NCBI GenBank assembly: GCA_030699125.1
Contig: JAUYKM010000009.1
Location: 291,365 to 355,364 of the forward strand
Source: Candidatus Daviesbacteria bacterium
Lineage (GTDB): Bacteria > Patescibacteriota > Microgenomatia > Daviesbacterales > UBA10151
Length of the DNA stretch: 64,000 nt
Direction of reading: 5' to 3'
This document shows positions 8,425-19,117 of this stretch, piece after piece. Made by a program: the position numbers and the translations under genes. The number at the start of each line of letters is the position of its first letter. The stretch's first letter is position 1. The notes under the pieces are model-generated. The model was not told the DNA's origin. It did not search any database and saw only the letters and a list, made by a program, of their open reading frames with translations.

Positions 8425-9336
8425 ATGCTATTAATAGTCAAGCTAAATATGGCCGGACAAGAACAATCACAATTTGTTAGTGCAGTAAAAAATGTTGGAG
8501 CCCCGGATGGTTCAACATTCGATATTTTAAGAGGTGCTCCAGAAGGAGTAGCTAATCTTAGAGGTAGTGCTTTAGTTAGAATGAGAGAAGTTGTCCAAGC
8601 AAATGAGCCAGAAATTCTCCACTATTTAAATGCAGGACCAGGAATATCCTCAGAGTATGCTATGTCCTCTGGAATCATGCATTCTAAGAAACCTGAGGTA
8701 AAGGCAGATTTAACTAGAGTTTCAATTGAGGAACATCTTGCAGAAGGAAACCGCTGGGGTGCAGTAGGAATACTTGCTTATGCACGAGCAGCAGAACTTC
8801 CTTTAACTGAATATGGTGAACCATTTGTAGCAGAGCAGTATGATACTGCATTGGGTGAAGGTGACCCTGGTGAAGCTTGGCATATTGCTCGAACTATGCT
8901 TTCCGAAGGAGATAAAATAGCAATCATAGAACCAGAAGCACAAGAGCGAGCTACACAAGCATGGACTGAAAGAGAAAAAAGAGCATTCGAACTTCATGCA
9001 GAAGATGTTTTGGCTAGAACTGAACAACCAGAAGGAATGAGAGAAGATTGGGAGCTACGTAATTTATTTGATGAGATGAGATTTCGGGAAGATGGCGGTT
9101 TTAATAGTGAAACTCCAAGTGATCTGGCTAGAAGAATTGCAGAGAAGGTAGTTAATCAAGATTTACAAACTAAAGGCAGAGAGTGGACTGCAATTATTGA
9201 TGCAACAGAAGCAAAAATGTCTGATGACTATATTGCTCAACTTAATAGCAGAGTTTCTCCTACAGCTATTGACAAAGTAAGAGGTTGGTGGAATGGAATT
9301 AGAGCCAAAATAGAGAAAATAATTCCTCCACAATAG
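8425..9336 (+). CDS. hypothetical acidic protein (island cargo)
   Basis: 303-aa ORF divergent from the GHKL gene. Ala/Glu/Arg-rich composition unlike the flanking genome. No recognisable motif. The true start may be the internal MAGQEQ at 8449. Confidence 0.4.
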   Translation: MLLIVKLNMAGQEQSQFVSAVKNVGAPDGSTFDILRGAPEGVANLRGSALVRMREVVQANEPEILHYLNAGPGISSEYAMSSGIMHSKKPEVKADLTRVSIEEHLAEGNRWGAVGILAYARAAELPLTEYGEPFVAEQYDTALGEGDPGEAWHIARTMLSEGDKIAIIEPEAQERATQAWTEREKRAFELHAEDVLARTEQPEGMREDWELRNLFDEMRFREDGGFNSETPSDLARRIAEKVVNQDLQTKGREWTAIIDATEAKMSDDYIAQLNSRVSPTAIDKVRGWWNGIRAKIEKIIPPQ

Positions 9337-9621
9337 CTAGTGGGTCTTCTTAGCTATAACTTTTTGTAATCCACCCTTACCGTATTTAATAATCTGTCCA
9401 ATTTTAGAAACAGTTGAGGTAGAAGTCCCAACTTTTCCTGCTATCTCATCATAGGTTTTTTCTTCTAAAATTAACTTTGCTATTTTTAACCTTTGGGCTA
9501 AATCCAAAATTTCTTCTTCAGTCAAAAGATCATCAATAAAATTAGCTAAATCTTTAGATTTTAATTTTCTTAAGGTATCAACTAATAATTTTCTATCTTT
9601 GTCTAAGTTAAGCTTTGTCAT
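9337..9621 (-). CDS. TrpR-like YerC/YecD family DNA-binding protein
   Basis: 94 aa. The segment TYDEIAGKVGTSTSTVSKIGQIIKYG matches the YerC/YecD Trp-repressor-like HTH family. Confidence 0.55.
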   Translation of the reverse strand: MTKLNLDKDRKLLVDTLRKLKSKDLANFIDDLLTEEEILDLAQRLKIAKLILEEKTYDEIAGKVGTSTSTVSKIGQIIKYGKGGLQKVIAKKTH

Positions 9622-9668
9622 AGTAACATTGTAGCGTTGTAGTATAGTACAACGTCATAACTTTTAAT

Positions 9669-10295
9669 TTAAGTCCTGTAAACAGTTGCCTTACCTTTTT
9701 TCTCTGATTTCAGTTTACCATTTTTAACTAACTCTGATAAATAACTGCTTGCTGAACTTTGAGAAACTTGTAAAAGGTCTCTTACATCTTGATTGTTAAT
9801 TTCTTTTTTCCTTGCTAACTCAACTATTTGATTTAAGTTTTCTTCTCTCCTCTGTTTTCTTTTTTCATTTGCCTTTTGTAAAAGCTCGGAAACTTTTTGA
9901 TCTAACTTTTTTTCTATTTCTTCCTCAATATTAACTTTTGGAACTTCTGGAGCTTTTTCTTCTTTGGGTTGAGGTTTTTCTTTCTTAATTTCTGGGTCAG
10001 GTTTTTGTTCCTCTTGTGGTTTAGGACTTTCTGTTTCTTTCTCCCTTGGTTTTTCTTCCGGAATTTCAGAAACTGGGGGAGATTCGGGGGTCTGGGGTGA
10101 TTGGGGAGGAGTTGGGGAAGGTTCAGGTTCAACTGTAGGAGTTTCAACAACGGGTGGAGTTTCTACTGTTGGTTCTTCTATTTTAACTTCTTCTTCAACT
10201 TTCGGTTGTGGAACTTCCTCTGGAGTTTTCTCTTCTTCGGGCTTAGGTTCTGGCGATGGGGTTTGATCGGTGGGTTGGTTTACATCATCTGCCAT
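9669..10295 (-). CDS. winged-helix DNA-binding protein with Pro/Glu/Lys-rich low-complexity N-terminal region
   Basis: N-terminal ~140 aa are PEPK-rich repeats. C-terminus NLNQIVELARKKEINNQDVRDLLQVSQSSASSYLSELVKNGKL...KATVYR is wHTH-like. Confidence 0.45.
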   Translation of the reverse strand: MADDVNQPTDQTPSPEPKPEEEKTPEEVPQPKVEEEVKIEEPTVETPPVVETPTVEPEPSPTPPQSPQTPESPPVSEIPEEKPREKETESPKPQEEQKPDPEIKKEKPQPKEEKAPEVPKVNIEEEIEKKLDQKVSELLQKANEKRKQRREENLNQIVELARKKEINNQDVRDLLQVSQSSASSYLSELVKNGKLKSEKKGKATVYRT

Positions 10296-10299
10296 GATT

Positions 10300-10898
10300 T
10301 CAGTCTAGCACAGAATCGGCCAAAATGGTGGAATCTGGCCGATTATCTCCCAGAGGTTGGAAGGAAGCGGTTCCGCCGCCCCCGCTCACTTCAGGATAAT
10401 TTCCCAAAAAGGAGGGCAGCACCTTAAAAGAATCTTTCGGAATTTTTAAAAAACTTTCTTGGGTGCTGCCCGACCATCGCGAGAGCCGAGAAAAATAATT
10501 TCGGAGTTTCAAATTACTCGGCTCGAGCCATCGGGAGTCCTCGCGAGCGAAGCTCTCGAGAGCAAGCGAGCGGTATGGAAACAGAAAAGGGTAAAAATTG
10601 CGGCGGGGGCGAAAAGGAATTACCCCCGCAACGGCAGGAGGAACATATACAGATAAAAGATTACCAGAGACTGTAAAGAATAAATCGAAGACTATGATAT
10701 CGGCGAGTCGCCCCCTAGTGGCGACCTCTCGCCCAAAAGCGGGGGTGCCGCTTCCATTATTTTGGGTGGGTGGGTGATGGGAATTTAGAAAGCCTTTAGG
10801 ACTTTTATTTTTTCTGTCTTTTCTTGTCCCGCTTGCGGGACTATAATATAAAAATCGCGCGCATTTATTGTGATTTGCAAAAAATACAAAGAGCAAGA
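10300..10898. other. GC-rich, hairpin-dense non-coding region (candidate large structured RNA or recombination/regulatory region)
   Basis: Numerous perfect stems: AATCGGCCA..TGGCCGATT, GGCAGCACC..GGTGCTGCC, GAGCCGAG..CTCGGCTC, GCGGGGG..CCCCCGC, GGCGAGTCGCC..GGCGACCTCTCGCC, GTCCCGCTTGCGGGAC. ORFs in this stretch are Arg/Gly/Pro-rich and implausible as proteins. Confidence 0.35.
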
Positions 10899-11004
10899 GA
10901 AAAGGTAGGGATTAAAATAAAAGGTTGGGAACGAACGTGAGCTGGGCGCCGACAACTAATGCGTCGATTGGAATTGAGTTCGAGCGCTTTCGTAAACGAG
11001 CTCT
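10899..11004. repeat. Inverted repeat B, right arm (B')
   Basis: Reverse-complement copy of 3058-3163 with 3 mismatches in 106 bp. Confidence 0.85.
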
Positions 11005-11041
11005 CAGTGAATTTTATGGCTCTAAAGAGATATTTAGTGTA

Positions 11042-11647
11042 CTAACAAGCTAGCTCACCTTCACCGCACGAGGAAGGAAGCTCTCTTATTTGAGGGACGC
11101 CTGGTTCCTTGCCGCTGATGATGTAATCCTCAGCTTTTGTGACTTCCCATTCATGTTCATGATTCCAAAGATTCCAGAAATGACGCCACTCGTTCCAACC
11201 AATCCCCAGATGCTGTACGTATATGCTGCTTTCAACCAAAAGCTGGCCTATTTTTCTGCCGGTCATACATGGCATGCTATAACAGTAGACTATGATATCT
11301 TTATCCTGGGGAAGCTCCCGAAATTGTTTTACAATCCTGTCTTTCTCATCATAAGCAGATGTATTGGGATCCTTATAGGCAGGGATATTGGTAGCTCCAA
11401 TGATATGCTCTTTTTCATATTCCTGAGGACTTCTCAAATCGACTAAGACAAAACCTGTGTCGCCTTTATCCATCATCCGTCTTAAGGAATGGGGGCTGAC
11501 ATGTACTGCATTTTCAACAAGATAAAATTCTTTGATTAAGTCTTCTTTGGTTGGTTTTTGCATTCGCTGGTAGACTAAAACAGTTGCTCCACCCACCAAT
11601 GCTCCGACGAGAGCTGCTATAGCAACAATCTTAATAGTTTGATACAT
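11042..11647 (-). CDS. rhodanese-like domain protein with N-terminal membrane anchor
   Basis: N-terminal TM segment. The stretch VLVDLRSPQEYEKEHIIGATNIP followed by IIVYCYSMPCMTGRKIG is a rhodanese fold with an active-site Cys region. Confidence 0.55.
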   Translation of the reverse strand: MYQTIKIVAIAALVGALVGGATVLVYQRMQKPTKEDLIKEFYLVENAVHVSPHSLRRMMDKGDTGFVLVDLRSPQEYEKEHIIGATNIPAYKDPNTSAYDEKDRIVKQFRELPQDKDIIVYCYSMPCMTGRKIGQLLVESSIYVQHLGIGWNEWRHFWNLWNHEHEWEVTKAEDYIISGKEPGVPQIRELPSSCGEGELAC

Positions 11648-11676
11648 ATTTTATCCGTTACTTCTTGTAAACTTAT

Positions 11677-11706
11677 TATAGAAAACCGCGTACTTTCAGT
11701 ACGCGG
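11677..11706 (-). terminator. putative intrinsic terminator downstream of the DsbA-like gene
   Basis: Perfect 9-bp stem CCGCGTACT/AGTACGCGG with a short loop, followed on the minus strand by GTTTTCTAT. Confidence 0.4.
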
Positions 11707-11710
11707 AAGT

Positions 11711-12370
11711 TTATTGGACCTTTAAAATTGCCTCTTCAATAATTTTTTTAAATTCTTCATAGGATTTGGGATTCTGCAATTTTTTATCATTTAGAAAAAA
11801 TGTAGGAGTGGCATTAACTCTAAATCTAATACCACTTTGATAACTATCTTCTATTCTATCTTTTATTTCCTTCAAATCAAGGTCATTTTTAAATCTTTCA
11901 ACATCAAGATTAAGTAAACGGGCATATTCTATAAAGATGTCTCCAACATTTTTCTCACCTGACCAGTTCTTCTGCTTTTCAAAAAGCATATCATGCATCT
12001 GCCAAAAATTGTTTTGTATACCAGCAGCTTCTGCAGCACGAGCAGCAAACTCAGCGTTAATGTGAATTTGTCTTAAAGGAAAATGGCGATAAACAAACTG
12101 TATTTTGTCGCCAAACTCTTGATTTAGTTGTTTGACAACAGGATAATAAGCTCCGCATGCAGGGCACTGGAAATCGCTATATTCAACCAGAGTAACTTTT
12201 GCATCTTTACTACCCTTTACCCAATCAGAAGAAGATACCACGTTAACGGGTTGAGAAATCTGATCTGAAGTTTTATCAGATGGAGCACTATTTGCAAGTT
12301 TTATAACTGAAAAAATTACTATAAAGAGACCTAAAACAGCAAGAATACCAATTTTTATTGCTTTCGACAT
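11711..12370 (-). CDS. DsbA-family thiol:disulfide oxidoreductase (secreted)
   Basis: N-terminal signal/TM segment and a thioredoxin-fold CPAC active site (DFQCPACGAY). Confidence 0.65.
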   Translation of the reverse strand: MSKAIKIGILAVLGLFIVIFSVIKLANSAPSDKTSDQISQPVNVVSSSDWVKGSKDAKVTLVEYSDFQCPACGAYYPVVKQLNQEFGDKIQFVYRHFPLRQIHINAEFAARAAEAAGIQNNFWQMHDMLFEKQKNWSGEKNVGDIFIEYARLLNLDVERFKNDLDLKEIKDRIEDSYQSGIRFRVNATPTFFLNDKKLQNPKSYEEFKKIIEEAILKVQ

Positions 12371-12487
12371 AGAGTTTGCGATTATTATACATCAAATATT
12401 GACAGCAAGGCATTAGATTATTGTCTAGGCCCCGATACATCCAGAACGGTTTAAGTATACATTAAAGGTTCATATAATGGCTCCTAC

Positions 12488-13138
12488 ATGAGAGCCTACA
12501 AAATACTTCCGGTAGAGATGAAGGTTAAAGATTTTAACCTGTCTAAAGATGCCTTAAAAAGGCTATATTGGATGGATTGGTATTTTAGTCATGGCAAGAA
12601 TGCAGAAGCTACCTGTAGACACTTTTCTATTTCCAAGAGTGTGTTCTATAGATGGCTACCCAGATTCTCTAAATTCAACCTAGCTACTTTAGAAGAAAGA
12701 AGCAAAAGACCTATTCATTTAAGGGGAATGACCACTAATCCAGCTATTTTAAAAAGGATTTATCAAGTTAGGTTAAATGATATGACTAGTAAATACAAGA
12801 TCAAAGAACAACTTAAGAGAGAGGGTATTAACATTTCTACCAAGGTCATACAAACAGATAATGGTTCAGAGTATCTCCTCTATTTCCATGACCTGACTCA
12901 GAAACTGAATATTCCACATTACTTTTCCTATCCTCACAGCCCAAAGATGAACTCTAGAGTTGAGAGGCTTATTCAAACCATTGAGTATGAATTCTTCCAT
13001 TATCAGGATCCTTTACCTGAAATTGACAATATCCAAAGATTATGTGGGCAGTTTAATCTTAAGTACAACCAACTTAGATTCCATCAAGCTATATCTTACA
13101 AAACACCACAAGAATATGTTACAACTCTATTATCTTAG
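12488..13138 (+). pseudogene. IS481-family (rve/DDE) transposase remnant with internal deletion
   Basis: N-terminal HTH (SISKSVFYRWL) and C-terminal integrase-core tail (TDNGSEY..HSPKMNSRVERLIQT..YNQLRFHQA) are present. The segment carrying the first two catalytic Asp residues is missing in this 216-aa product; a full-length protein would be about 350-400 aa. Confidence 0.55.
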
Positions 13139-13254
13139 AAAGGAGGATAACCGTTCTCTATCTAGGGTGCCAGCACAATTATTTGAAAAACTCCCCTCAT
13201 CTATGTAACATTTACCGTAGATGCTTTTAGCAGAAGTAGTTTAAGGGAAGTAAT

Positions 13255-13326
13255 GCCGACTTAGCTCAGAGGTAGAGCAGCTGTTTCGTAAACAGCAGGT
13301 CACTGGTTCGATTCCAGTAGTCGGCT
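13255..13326 (+). tRNA. tRNA-Thr (anticodon CGT)
   Basis: Acceptor GCCGACT/AGTCGGC, D-arm GCTC-AGAGGTA-GAGC, anticodon stem GCTGT/ACAGC with loop TTCGTAA, T-arm ACTGG-TTCGATT-CCAGT. Confidence 0.8.
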
Positions 13327-13425
13327 CAAAATCCTTAAGCGTTGGAAATTTTCGCGCACTTTTTTTCCATGAATTCTGAATCATTATTTTTGTTATTCAA
13401 TCAATGGGGATTAGGTTTTTTGACC

Positions 13426-13785
13426 TTACTGTAGATGCTGTTTAACTTTATTGACTATTTCAACCAAAGTAACATCTGATTTAATAAAGTAATCAACCGC
13501 CCCTAATTTTTTGGCTTTTTCTATATCCTCTTTTTGGGAGAGGTTGGAAGCAACAATCACAGGAGTTTTAATTCCCTGTCTACTAATTTCTGATAAAACA
13601 AAGAATCCATCTTTCTTGGGCATCACTAGATCCAAAATAATTAAATCAAAGGATTCCTTGGATAGAACAGCTAAAGATTCTTCACCACTAAAAACTACAC
13701 TTGTTGAATACCCTGCGGAGTTTAATTTCAAACTCATCACCCGGGCCAGCGCTTTCTCATCTTCAACTATTAAAATCTTTTTCAT
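13426..13785 (-). CDS. response regulator, receiver domain only (CheY-like)
   Basis: MKKILIVEDE ... DLVMPKKDG phospho-acceptor architecture. 119 aa. Confidence 0.75.
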   Translation of the reverse strand: MKKILIVEDEKALARVMSLKLNSAGYSTSVVFSGEESLAVLSKESFDLIILDLVMPKKDGFFVLSEISRQGIKTPVIVASNLSQKEDIEKAKKLGAVDYFIKSDVTLVEIVNKVKQHLQ

Positions 13786-14176
13786 ATATTCTCAGTGTTT
13801 TCAGCTTTCTTAGATTCTAATACTTCTTGTATTTTTTCGAGGATTTTTTCCAGAGGATTATTTGCCTTGACTAGATAGTAAGATGGCTGATCCCTAACTA
13901 CATTAGACAAAAGTGGATCATTAACATCAAAATTTGTAAGAATTATAATGGATGCTTTCTTGCCCCATACGTCTTCTCTTATCTTATGCATGACACTCAT
14001 ACCGTCCATTTTTGGTAAGACATTATCAAGTAGAATCAAATCCGGATGTTCGCGTAGAGCAATTTTTAATCCTTCCTCGCCATCTCTTGCTTCAAGGACA
14101 GAAAAACCTTCATTGGTAAGTTTATTACTGAGTGCGTTCAGTACTGGTGCTTCATCTTCCACTATGAGTATTTTCT

Positions 14177-14180
<4 letters not shown>
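13782..14180 (-). CDS. response regulator, receiver domain only (CheY-like)
   Basis: MKKILIVEDE ... LLDNVLPKMDG. 132 aa. Overlaps the neighbouring genes by 4 nt, consistent with an operon. Confidence 0.75.
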
Positions 14181-16393
<2,213 letters not shown>

Positions 16394-16396
16394 GTA

Positions 16397-16972
16397 TTAC
16401 CTGGATTTTTTAAGCTGTTCAATCTCTTTTTTAAGCTCTACCATTTTTAATTCCCTCCCTACCATGATTTTATTAGACTTCTCCAATTCTTTAACCCGGT
16501 CAGCAAGCTCTTTTGTCCGCTGCGTTATTTGAACCTCAAGCCCGCTGGTATACTCGGTCAATTTTTGTTCAAGATTACTCTTTTCCGTAATATCTTCCAT
16601 GGCCAGAATAATCAATTGTACTGTATCTATTTGTCTCGCATTGAGTACTACTGTCTTCTTCCCGATTGATTCAAAAACATGCGTAACTATATAATCTCTC
16701 ACAACTTTTTTCTCCGGCAGGATTTCTTCCAGTAATTTTCGCAGTTCAGGAATATTCCACTGACCATTACCTAAATTATAAAGAAGTGCATTCTCTGTTT
16801 GTTCCGGTGAAACCTGAAAGTCTGAATAGAAAACAGGGTTGGCTGAAATCACCCGAAGATCAGAATCAAGAATTAAGAACGATTCCCGGGCAACATCTAC
16901 CAGTGTTTGCATGTAATGTAAAGCCAGCTTTTTTGACTCATCTAACTCACTCATAATTTCACCTCCTTTCAT
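16397..16972 (-). CDS. PAS-domain protein with C-terminal coiled coil
   Basis: PAS-like core (ILDSDLRVISANPVF...) and a Lys/Glu-rich coiled-coil tail. 191 aa. Confidence 0.5.
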   Translation of the reverse strand: MKGGEIMSELDESKKLALHYMQTLVDVARESFLILDSDLRVISANPVFYSDFQVSPEQTENALLYNLGNGQWNIPELRKLLEEILPEKKVVRDYIVTHVFESIGKKTVVLNARQIDTVQLIILAMEDITEKSNLEQKLTEYTSGLEVQITQRTKELADRVKELEKSNKIMVGRELKMVELKKEIEQLKKSR

Positions 16973-16978
16973 GCCTCT

Positions 16979-17188
16979 TCATTTATTTAATTTCAAGTCC
17001 TTTTTTTCGCAATCACACGGATGTGTATGGGGAAAAGCGATGATGTTATATTCACCGCATCTTAGACACTTTATTTCCAACTCCGAATCCAGTTTTGCTA
17101 CACCCAACAGCTTTTGACAATGCTTGCAGCGATAGTCCAGTTTACCTGTAGAAGTAGACATATTAATTGTTTCTGTTTGTTTTTTCAT
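16979..17188 (-). CDS. small zinc-ribbon protein (CxxC-x17-CxxC)
   Basis: CKHCQKLL ... CLRCGEYN. The start is moved to ATG 17188, because the ORF-track N-terminus MVFRAFFM begins at a GTG inside the upstream terminator hairpin. Confidence 0.45.
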   Translation of the reverse strand: MKKQTETINMSTSTGKLDYRCKHCQKLLGVAKLDSELEIKCLRCGEYNIIAFPHTHPCDCEKKDLKLNK

Positions 17189-17222
17189 AAAAAAAGCCCG
17201 AAATACCACTTGTATTCCGAGC
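17189..17222 (-). terminator. intrinsic terminator (stem GCUCGGAAU / AUUUCGGGC, 9-nt loop, U7)
   Basis: On the minus strand, GCTCGGAAT-ACAAGTGGT-ATTTCGGGC is followed by TTTTTTT. Lies just downstream of gene 17260..17736. Confidence 0.6.
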
Positions 17223-17259
17223 TTCTAGAGCTTCTTTAATATAGACAAAAACGCTTCAA

Positions 17260-17736
17260 TTAAAGCGATTGCTTTTTGATCAATTTTTTTTCAGCTGTCT
17301 TGGTCTCTGTACCAATAAAAAATTTGGGATTACCTTTTTCATCAAGGATAGGAGAAATACGCAAAGTTACCTCATAGAGCTGACCATTTTTCTTTTTATT
17401 GGTAACCGTAACTATTGCGATCTGTTTTTCAACTTTTATCTTGCGCCATAAATCTTTATAAAATGTTTCCGACATCTGGCCTCCCCAAAGTGATGGCCTC
17501 GCTCCAATAATTTCTGTGATACTATAGCCAGTAAGATCTGAGAGCGCTTTATTCCCGTAAAGAATGACACCATTTATATCAGTAATCATAATTTGATCAG
17601 TTTCATCGTCAAAGAAAAAATTGATTTGTTTACAGCGACTACATTTAATTTCAACAGCCGGCGAACCCAACTCCCCAATTGCAAGCAACTTATTACATTT
17701 AACACATCTATATTCAACATGGTTATTATTATTCAT
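17260..17736 (-). CDS. zinc-ribbon (CxxC..CxxC) + PAS domain protein
   Basis: CVKCNKLL ... CSRCKQIN followed by a PAS-like region paralogous to the sensor kinase. The start is set at the second Met (MNNNNHVEYRC) because the first nine codons of ORF 17260..17763 are the terminator hairpin of the upstream pilin gene. Confidence 0.45.
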   Translation of the reverse strand: MNNNNHVEYRCVKCNKLLAIGELGSPAVEIKCSRCKQINFFFDDETDQIMITDINGVILYGNKALSDLTGYSITEIIGARPSLWGGQMSETFYKDLWRKIKVEKQIAIVTVTNKKKNGQLYEVTLRISPILDEKGNPKFFIGTETKTAEKKLIKKQSL

Positions 17737-17737
17737 C

Positions 17738-17770
17738 AAAAAAGCCCGAAATACCACTTGCATTCCGAGC
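17738..17770 (-). terminator. intrinsic terminator downstream of pilin gene (near-identical copy of 17189-17222)
   Basis: GCTCGGAAT-GCAAGTGGT-ATTTCGGGC followed by TTTTTT on the minus strand. 33 nt after the stop of 17804..18283. Confidence 0.6.
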
Positions 17771-17803
17771 TTCTAGAGCTTCCATAATTCAGAATACCAC
17801 GAA

Positions 17804-18283
17804 TTATCTTGTAACGCTAATTGTTGCTCCTTGCTCAGCATCGGGCGCTGCGACAGTCACCCTGCCATTAGCTGATTTAACAATAGTATATCCGGCAGTA
17901 CCAGTGGTGGCTGTAATAAGCGGGTCTTTTGGAATAGATACCACATACTTCTCACTAGTTGTTAATACTGAAAGGTCAATTAAACTCGTACAAGGCGTTG
18001 CCTGACAAACTGCCGTTACTGTGGTGGTAATGGTTGAAGGAAGAGTTCCGTTGTTGTCTATTGAGTACTGGTAGACTGCATTAAGGATGGTGTTGATATC
18101 TGTTTTTCTTTGGGCGTTTCTGGTATCACCAAGTTGCTTACCAGGATTAATTGCCAAAATAACAATACCGGCCAAAATGGCAATAGCCGCCACAACCAAC
18201 AGGATTTCCAGGAGGGTAAACCCATTCGACTCGCTTCGCTCGCTCAGGGCAAGCCCTTCTTGTTTGGGCAGTAACTTTTTCAT
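17804..18283 (-). CDS. type IV pilin / pseudopilin (prepilin-type N-terminal cleavage-methylation motif)
   Basis: [21 protein letters not shown] matches the G|FTLxE prepilin motif followed by the hydrophobic helix. Confidence 0.75.
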   Translation of the reverse strand: MKKLLPKQEGLALSERSESNGFTLLEILLVVAAIAILAGIVILAINPGKQLGDTRNAQRKTDINTILNAVYQYSIDNNGTLPSTITTTVTAVCQATPCTSLIDLSVLTTSEKYVVSIPKDPLITATTGTAGYTIVKSANGRVTVAAPDAEQGATISVTR

Positions 18284-18297
18284 CTTTTTTTATATTA

Positions 18298-18711
18298 TCA
18301 TAAATCAGCCGCTTCCTGCCAAGAGGTGATATTTATTTTTGGATTAATCGTATCTATGGTGATTTTGACTTTTCTTACAATAGTTCCTACAGTGCCTGTT
18401 GCAGTAATAGTTCTGTTGGTGCCTCCATCATTGGTAACTGTATAAGTGCATGTTCCCTGGCCTAGCGTCAGATTTCCGGTTCCCGTAAACGGGATGGAGT
18501 CCCTGATTTGTTGCAAAGCCTCCTCAGAACAGGCATTTACCAAAGCCTTAGCTTGATTTGATTGCTCTTGCGAAAAACTGCTTTTACTGCTGCCCAAACC
18601 AAGCCATAACACTGAAACAGCAATGGCCACGCCAATCGCCCCGATTACTAAAACGGTTATTAAAACAATATACCCTTTTTGGTTTTTTTTATCGTATGGT
18701 TGCTGTTTCAT
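18298..18711 (-). CDS. pilus-associated membrane-anchored protein (minor pilin-like, no canonical cleavage motif)
   Basis: N-terminal hydrophobic helix (YIVLITVLVIGAIGVAIAV) then a Thr/Gly-rich beta region. Located inside the pilin cluster. Confidence 0.35.
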   Translation of the reverse strand: MKQQPYDKKNQKGYIVLITVLVIGAIGVAIAVSVLWLGLGSSKSSFSQEQSNQAKALVNACSEEALQQIRDSIPFTGTGNLTLGQGTCTYTVTNDGGTNRTITATGTVGTIVRKVKITIDTINPKINITSWQEAADL

Positions 18712-19117
18712 AAAATGTTTTACTAAAATTATATTCCTGCCTGCCTTCCGGATTTACATGCGTCAGCGTAAATTGAATGCGGATTGTCCCGGGTGTTCCG
18801 GCGCGTGAGAGGTTTGTGAACGTGAGAGCAGAAGCAACGATGCGGGTGTTGGTAAGGGCAATGGAGTTTTCGCGTATGGCTCCACCTGAAAGATCAAAGG
18901 CGCTCGTAAAATTAACATCCGTGGCATTACGGCCGGTTTGAGTGATACGCTGCATAACCTGGACTCCTTGTTGTTCAACTTCTGAAATGGTTTGGTTTTT
19001 AACTCTGGATTGCATTAAAAGGGAAAGGAGTGCCGAAACTGTCAGAATCATCGCCCCCACAAGGCTAACATATAACAATAATTCAATTAAAGTAAAGCCT
19101 TTTTGAAAGTTTTTCAT
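18689..19117 (-). CDS. pseudopilin (prepilin-type N-terminal motif)
   Basis: Internal MKNFQKGFTLIELLLYVSLVGAMIL gives the G|FTLIE motif. The start is set at this Met rather than the upstream Cys-rich extension. Confidence 0.65.
   Translation of the reverse strand: MKNFQKGFTLIELLLYVSLVGAMILTVSALLSLLMQSRVKNQTISEVEQQGVQVMQRITQTGRNATDVNFTSAFDLSGGAIRENSIALTNTRIVASALTFTNLSRAGTPGTIRIQFTLTHVNPEGRQEYNFSKTFYETATIR

Noticed and set aside
8803-9027. ORF 8803..9027 (-) and other 60-100-aa ORFs antisense to long genes (e.g. 35628..35933, 36016..37502 series inside dnaE; 30326..30801 inside htpX; 51063..53841 series inside uvrA)
   Set aside because: They are fully embedded antisense in well-supported genes, Ser/Leu/Phe-rich as expected for antisense of AT-rich coding DNA, with no motifs.
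9914-10896. ORFs 9914..10150, 10101..10427, 10300..10896 and 10459..10656
   Set aside because: The first two are alternative-frame readings of the Pro/Glu/Lys low-complexity repeat of the winged-helix gene. The others lie in the GC-rich hairpin block and give Arg/Gly-rich, low-complexity translations, so they are more likely non-coding.
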